Assembly (NCBI GenBank): GCA_963783385.1
Contig: CAWANJ010000006.1
Span: 32,001-96,000, forward strand
DNA: 64,000 bases
Reading direction: 5' to 3'
From: an uncultured Gemmatimonadales bacterium
GTDB taxonomy: Bacteria > Gemmatimonadota > Gemmatimonadetes > Palauibacterales > Palauibacteraceae
Below the pieces are notes generated by a model. The model had not been told where the DNA came from. It worked only from the letters and a program-made list of their open reading frames with translations, and ran no database searches. This document shows, one piece after another, positions 60,168 to 64,000 of the stretch; position 1 is the stretch's first letter, and the number at the start of each line of letters is the position of its first letter. Position numbers and translations under genes: made by a program.

Positions 60168-60989
60168 TCAGCGCCCCCGCTCCAGGTTGCGCAGGGAGAA
60201 GTAGGAGGGAGACAGCCCCACGTCGAAGGCCAGCGACTCGTAGATCACGACGGTCCGGTTCCGGGGCTTGTCGGTGGGCACCACCGTCATGGTGGCGGGC
60301 ACGAGCCGACCCGAGAAGGTGCGGTAGTCCGAGAAGGTCATGGTCCGCACCAGCCCCCCGTCCTCGTCGTAGTAGCGAGCCCACACCGGCATGAGGTCCT
60401 TCTTCCGGACCCGCTCCACGATCTTGCCCCACACGACCGCCGCCTCCGGCTTGGGTGTGAGCACGAACTCCCACACCTCGACGCCGTCCCGCGGGCCCTG
60501 GTAGCCGATCGCGATGTCGTAGTCCTCGACCAGCCGGCTCTCCTTCACCAGGTCGTCGTTGGTGAAGTCGGACCCCATCCACGAGCCCATCATCATGGAG
60601 GGCGGGATCTTGATGGTGCGGTCCACCCGCGGGAGGTAATTCCACACCTCGTCCCCCACGCGCAGGGTCGCCGTTCCGGCCTCCTTCTGCGGCGAGGTGA
60701 GCTGGATGAGGCTGTACCGGGTCCCCAGCGACCAGACCTTCCCCTCCAGCGTGCGGCTCCAGTGGGCCGTCCGGATCTCCATGCGGAACGCCCCGCGGCT
60801 CGACTTCCCCCGGAGGAGCCGGTCCACGTGGTCCACGATCGCCCGGGGCGTCTCCCCCGACCCGCCGGGCGTCTGCGCCCGGAGGGGGGCGGGCGCGGCC
60901 GCGCCGATGCCCGTCAACAAAAGGAGCGGCATCCCGAGCGCCGCGAGGCGTGCCGGCCATCGGGGACCGTCCCGCCGACCGCCGATCAC
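60168..60989 (-). CDS. outer-membrane lipoprotein-sorting protein (LolA-like)
   Basis: Signal peptide; WNYLPRVDRTIKI, SWMGSDFTNDD and FSLRNL motifs. Confidence 0.9.
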   Translation of the reverse strand: MIGGRRDGPRWPARLAALGMPLLLLTGIGAAAPAPLRAQTPGGSGETPRAIVDHVDRLLRGKSSRGAFRMEIRTAHWSRTLEGKVWSLGTRYSLIQLTSPQKEAGTATLRVGDEVWNYLPRVDRTIKIPPSMMMGSWMGSDFTNDDLVKESRLVEDYDIAIGYQGPRDGVEVWEFVLTPKPEAAVVWGKIVERVRKKDLMPVWARYYDEDGGLVRTMTFSDYRTFSGRLVPATMTVVPTDKPRNRTVVIYESLAFDVGLSPSYFSLRNLERGR

Positions 60990-61642
60990 GACGGCCCTCC
61001 CGGCGCCGGACCTCCCGGCCCTCCCGGCTCCAGCAGCCGGCGGAAGAGCGTCATGTAGCCGCCCATCACCGCCTCGCGGCGACCGGGCTCGATCGCCTCC
61101 CAGTGCTCCGCGATCCACCGGTCCCCGGCCTCGCCCATGCCCATGCACACCTCCACCTGGAACTCGAGCGGGAGGTCCGTGCGGACGGTCCCGAGCTCCT
61201 GGCCGCGGGCCAGGATCCTCCCGATCCACTCGCGCACCACGTCGAACACGCGGTCCGTCCCGCCCCGGTCCGCCGGACCGCCGCGAAGCCGGTAGAAGGA
61301 GCGCAGCAGCCTCATGTACCAGGGATTGTCCTCGAGGTAGTGGGTGGATTCCCGCATGAGGGTCTCGATCGTGGGCCAGAAGCTGGAGGGCGTCAGGCGC
61401 TCCATGGAAAAGCCGCCGGCGAGCTCGATCATGCGGGCCGTGGCGCGCTCGACCACGGTGGCGTACAGGTCCGCCTTGTCCTCGAAGTAGTAGTAGAGGG
61501 AGCCCTTGCTCATCCCGGCCTCCTCCGCGATCCGGTTCACCGAGGCGCCCTCGTACCCGTGCCCGGCGAACTCCTCGGCGGCCACCCGTATCAGGTGCTC
61601 CCGTCGCTCCTCGTCCAGGTTGTCGAAGCGGCTGTAGACCAT
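60986..61642 (-). CDS. TetR/AcrR family transcriptional regulator
   Basis: EFAGHGYEGASVNRIAEEAGMSKGSLYYYFEDK motif. Confidence 0.95.
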   Translation of the reverse strand: MVYSRFDNLDEERREHLIRVAAEEFAGHGYEGASVNRIAEEAGMSKGSLYYYFEDKADLYATVVERATARMIELAGGFSMERLTPSSFWPTIETLMRESTHYLEDNPWYMRLLRSFYRLRGGPADRGGTDRVFDVVREWIGRILARGQELGTVRTDLPLEFQVEVCMGMGEAGDRWIAEHWEAIEPGRREAVMGGYMTLFRRLLEPGGPGGPAPGGPS

Positions 61643-61667
61643 CCCGTGCCTCCACCCTCGATCGTTA

Positions 61668-61727
61668 GGTTCGACCACATGGTCGAACCACAGGGTCCAG
61701 AGTGAGACGGCGGACGATCGAAGTCAA
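61668..61727 (-). promoter_or_regulatory. promoter plus TetR operator of the ABC module
   Basis: Perfect palindrome GGTTCGACCA-CA-TGGTCGAACC at 61668-61689. On the - strand just upstream: TTGACT (61727-61722)-17-CACTCT (61704-61699). Confidence 0.75.
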
Positions 61728-61884
61728 GGGGAGGAGTCGGATCGAGGCCGGGAGGGGCGCGGCGGGCGGGGGCCGGAGGAGGGCGGCATGGGCCGGAGGG
61801 GAGCGAGGCCTCGGCGCTCGGAGAGGATCGGAGCTCGGAGGGAGCCGACGCCCGGAGGGAACCGGCGGCTCGGGAGGAGCCGCC
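61728..61884. repeat. degenerate array of GGAG(G/A)/CCTCC motifs in short hairpins; candidate sRNA
   Basis: 17 GGA triplets counted by hand in ~155 nt, grouped in about 8 units with ~17-25 nt spacing; several sit in stem-loops. Confidence 0.55.
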
Positions 61885-61899
61885 GCTCGAGCCGCCCCC

Positions 61900-64000
61900 T
61901 CACTCCACCCGCAGCACCTCCGCCGGATCGACGCGCGTCGCCCTGCGGGCGGGCAGCCAGGAGGCGAGGGCCGCGACCAGCGCGACCAGGAGCGGCACGA
62001 CCACGAAAGTCACCGGATCGGCGGCCGAGACCTCGAACAGCAGGCTCTTCAGGAATCGCCCGAGCACCAGCGCCACGACGAGGCCCACGAGGATCCCGGC
62101 CACGGCGAGGCGGAGGCCCGAGCCCAAGACGGATCCGGCGATCGAGCGGCCGTCGGCGCCCAGCGCCATCCGCACCCCGAACTCCCTCCGGCGCTCGCCC
62201 ACCGAGTACGAGAGGACGCCGTACACGCCCGTGAGCCCCAGGAGGACGGCGAGCGCGCCGAAGCCACCCACGAGGAGGGCCGCGAACCGGCGGCGGGCGT
62301 TGCTCTCGGCGTAGACCTGGTCCATGGTCGTCAGCCGCACGATGGACAGCCGGTCGTCGATCCCCCACAGCGTCTGGCGGAGGGGATTCCCGAGCGTGGC
62401 CGGAGAGCGGTCCGTCCGCGCCACAATGGTCAGCCAGCTCATCCAGCCCCAGCGCTTCTGAACCTGCGGGATGTAGACGGCCGGCTGCGCGGGATGGTCG
62501 GCGCCCAGGTTCCGGACGTCACCCACGACCCCCACGATCCGCCACCAGTCGGGCCCCGTCGGCCCCCCGAAGCTGATGCGGTCGCCGAGGGGATCGCGTG
62601 CCCCCCAGCTCCGGAGCGCCATCGACTCGTTGATCACGGCGACGCGCTCCGAGCCCGCCACATCCCGCCCGTCGATGGCCCGCCCGCGCCGCACCGGGAT
62701 CCTCATCGTCCGGAAGTAGCCCGGCGTGATGGCCCGCAGCGGTGCGTCCGCCTGCATGCCGTCGGCCCGGTTGCCGGGTCTTCCCTGGATGGCGAAGCTG
62801 AACGTGTTGTCATAACCGATCACCGGGGGCTCCGCGGTCCCCGCCGCCGACACCACGCCGGGCAGGCCGCGTACCCCGCGCAGGAGACGGGAGTAGAATT
62901 CGGCCTGCTCCTTCGTGCTCGGGTAGCGGGAGCGCGGGAGGTCGAGCATGGCCGTGAGCAGCGTGGTGCGACTCGAATCCCGGGTCGACGCCCTGCAGGC
63001 GCTCGAAGCTCCGCACCAGGAGCCCGGTGCCGACGAGGAGCACCACGGCCAGCGCCACTTCGGCGATCAGGAGCCCGGCCCGGAGACGCCCGTGCCGTGG
63101 ATCGCCCGACCCGTCGCGCCCGGAACGGAGGGCATGGCGCAGCCCGGACCCCGTGACGCGCAGCGCCGGCACGAGGCCGATCAGCAGGGTCACCGCCAGG
63201 GTGGTGCCGGCCGAGAACGCGAGGACGCCAGCGTCGACGCGGGTGTGGCCCAGCAGCGGGATATCGGACGGGGCCAGGGAGACGAGTGCCGCGAGGCCCG
63301 ATCTTCACGGCCACCACGCCGAGGCCGCCGCCCAGGACGGCCACCACGAGGCTCTCCGTGAGAAGCTGTCGCAGCAGCCGCCCCCGCCCGGCGCCCAGCG
63401 CCGCCCGCAGGGCTACCTCGCGCTCCCTGGACAGGGCCCGGGCCAGCAGGAGGTTGGCCAGGTTGGCGCAGGTGATCAGGAGGACGAGGACCACCATGCC
63501 GAACAGCGCCAGCAGCAGGGGCCGTACGCTGGCGACGAGGTCGGAGCGGAAGGGCACGAGGTTCACGCCCCAGCCCTGCATGGCCTCCGGGTACTGCTTC
63601 CCCAGGCGTGCCTGGATCCCCTCCACCTCGGAGCGCGCCTGCCCGAGCGAGACGCCCTCCGCAAGGCGGCCGATGACGTGCCACTGGTGCGACTTGTGGA
63701 CCTTCCGTGTCCTCGGCGCCGAACTGCCGTGCGACGTACACCTGGGCGTCGGGGCGGGGAAAGTCGAAGCCGCGGGGCCAGCACGCCGACGACGGTGTAC
63801 GGCTCGTCGTCGAGCTGCAGGGTCCGGCCCACGACGGAGGAGTCGCCTCCGAACCGCGTGCGCCACAGCGAGTGGGACAGGAGGACGGCGGCCGCGGCGC
63901 CGCGCACGCCCTCCTGGCGCGTGAACAGCCGGCCCAGTTCGGCCCGCGTGCCGAGGATCCGGAAGCACGCTCGGCGTCACCGTCACCGAGCTCACACGGG
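61900..64000 (-). CDS. ADOP-type duplicated ABC permease (3' part; multiple frameshifts)
   Basis: [75 protein letters not shown] and [10 protein letters not shown] motifs. Confidence 0.92.

Noticed and set aside
1-64000. CRISPR arrays, IS elements, integron attC sites
   Set aside because: No regularly spaced identical repeats, transposase or integrase motifs, or repeated attC-like ends were seen, despite the cassette-like run of small genes at 1-26 kb.

Overview
Very GC-rich bacterial chromosomal segment. It is probably Gemmatimonadota or a similar Gram-negative lineage; this is inferred from the 6-bladed beta-propeller lipoprotein, ADOP-type permease, Omp85-peptidase fusion and many signal-peptide proteins, and was not checked by search. 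Positions 1-26.5 kb are a mosaic of small accessory genes: DinB, VOC, cupin, SnoaL, alpha/beta hydrolases, Kelch/PD40 propellers, CHAD, nitrilase and MBL. Positions 26.5-64 kb are more core-like: fumC, archease, fur, pyrE, nfuA, baeRF3/7, macro domain, Omp85-peptidase, rlpA, metE, ClC, radical SAM, panE, S9 peptidase and a TetR-regulated Lol-like ABC/OM module. No rRNA, tRNA, CRISPR, integrase or transposase was recognised. About ten single-base frameshifts look like long-read errors. Separately, several genes carry clean in-frame internal deletions or survive only as fragments. The most interesting candidates are: (1) a stand-alone catalytic-domain-only AsnRS paralog with altered substrate-pocket residues (8183-9038); (2) a non-coding hairpin array with GGA(+)/CCUCC(-) loops at 61.73-61.88 kb, a candidate Csr/Rsm-sponge or cuckoo-like sRNA; (3) a small protein made of two tandem copies of an unrecognised ~45-aa helical repeat (3583-3930); (4) archease, baeRF and macro domain genes clustered without RtcB. 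All family calls are from motif recognition by eye; no database searches were run.
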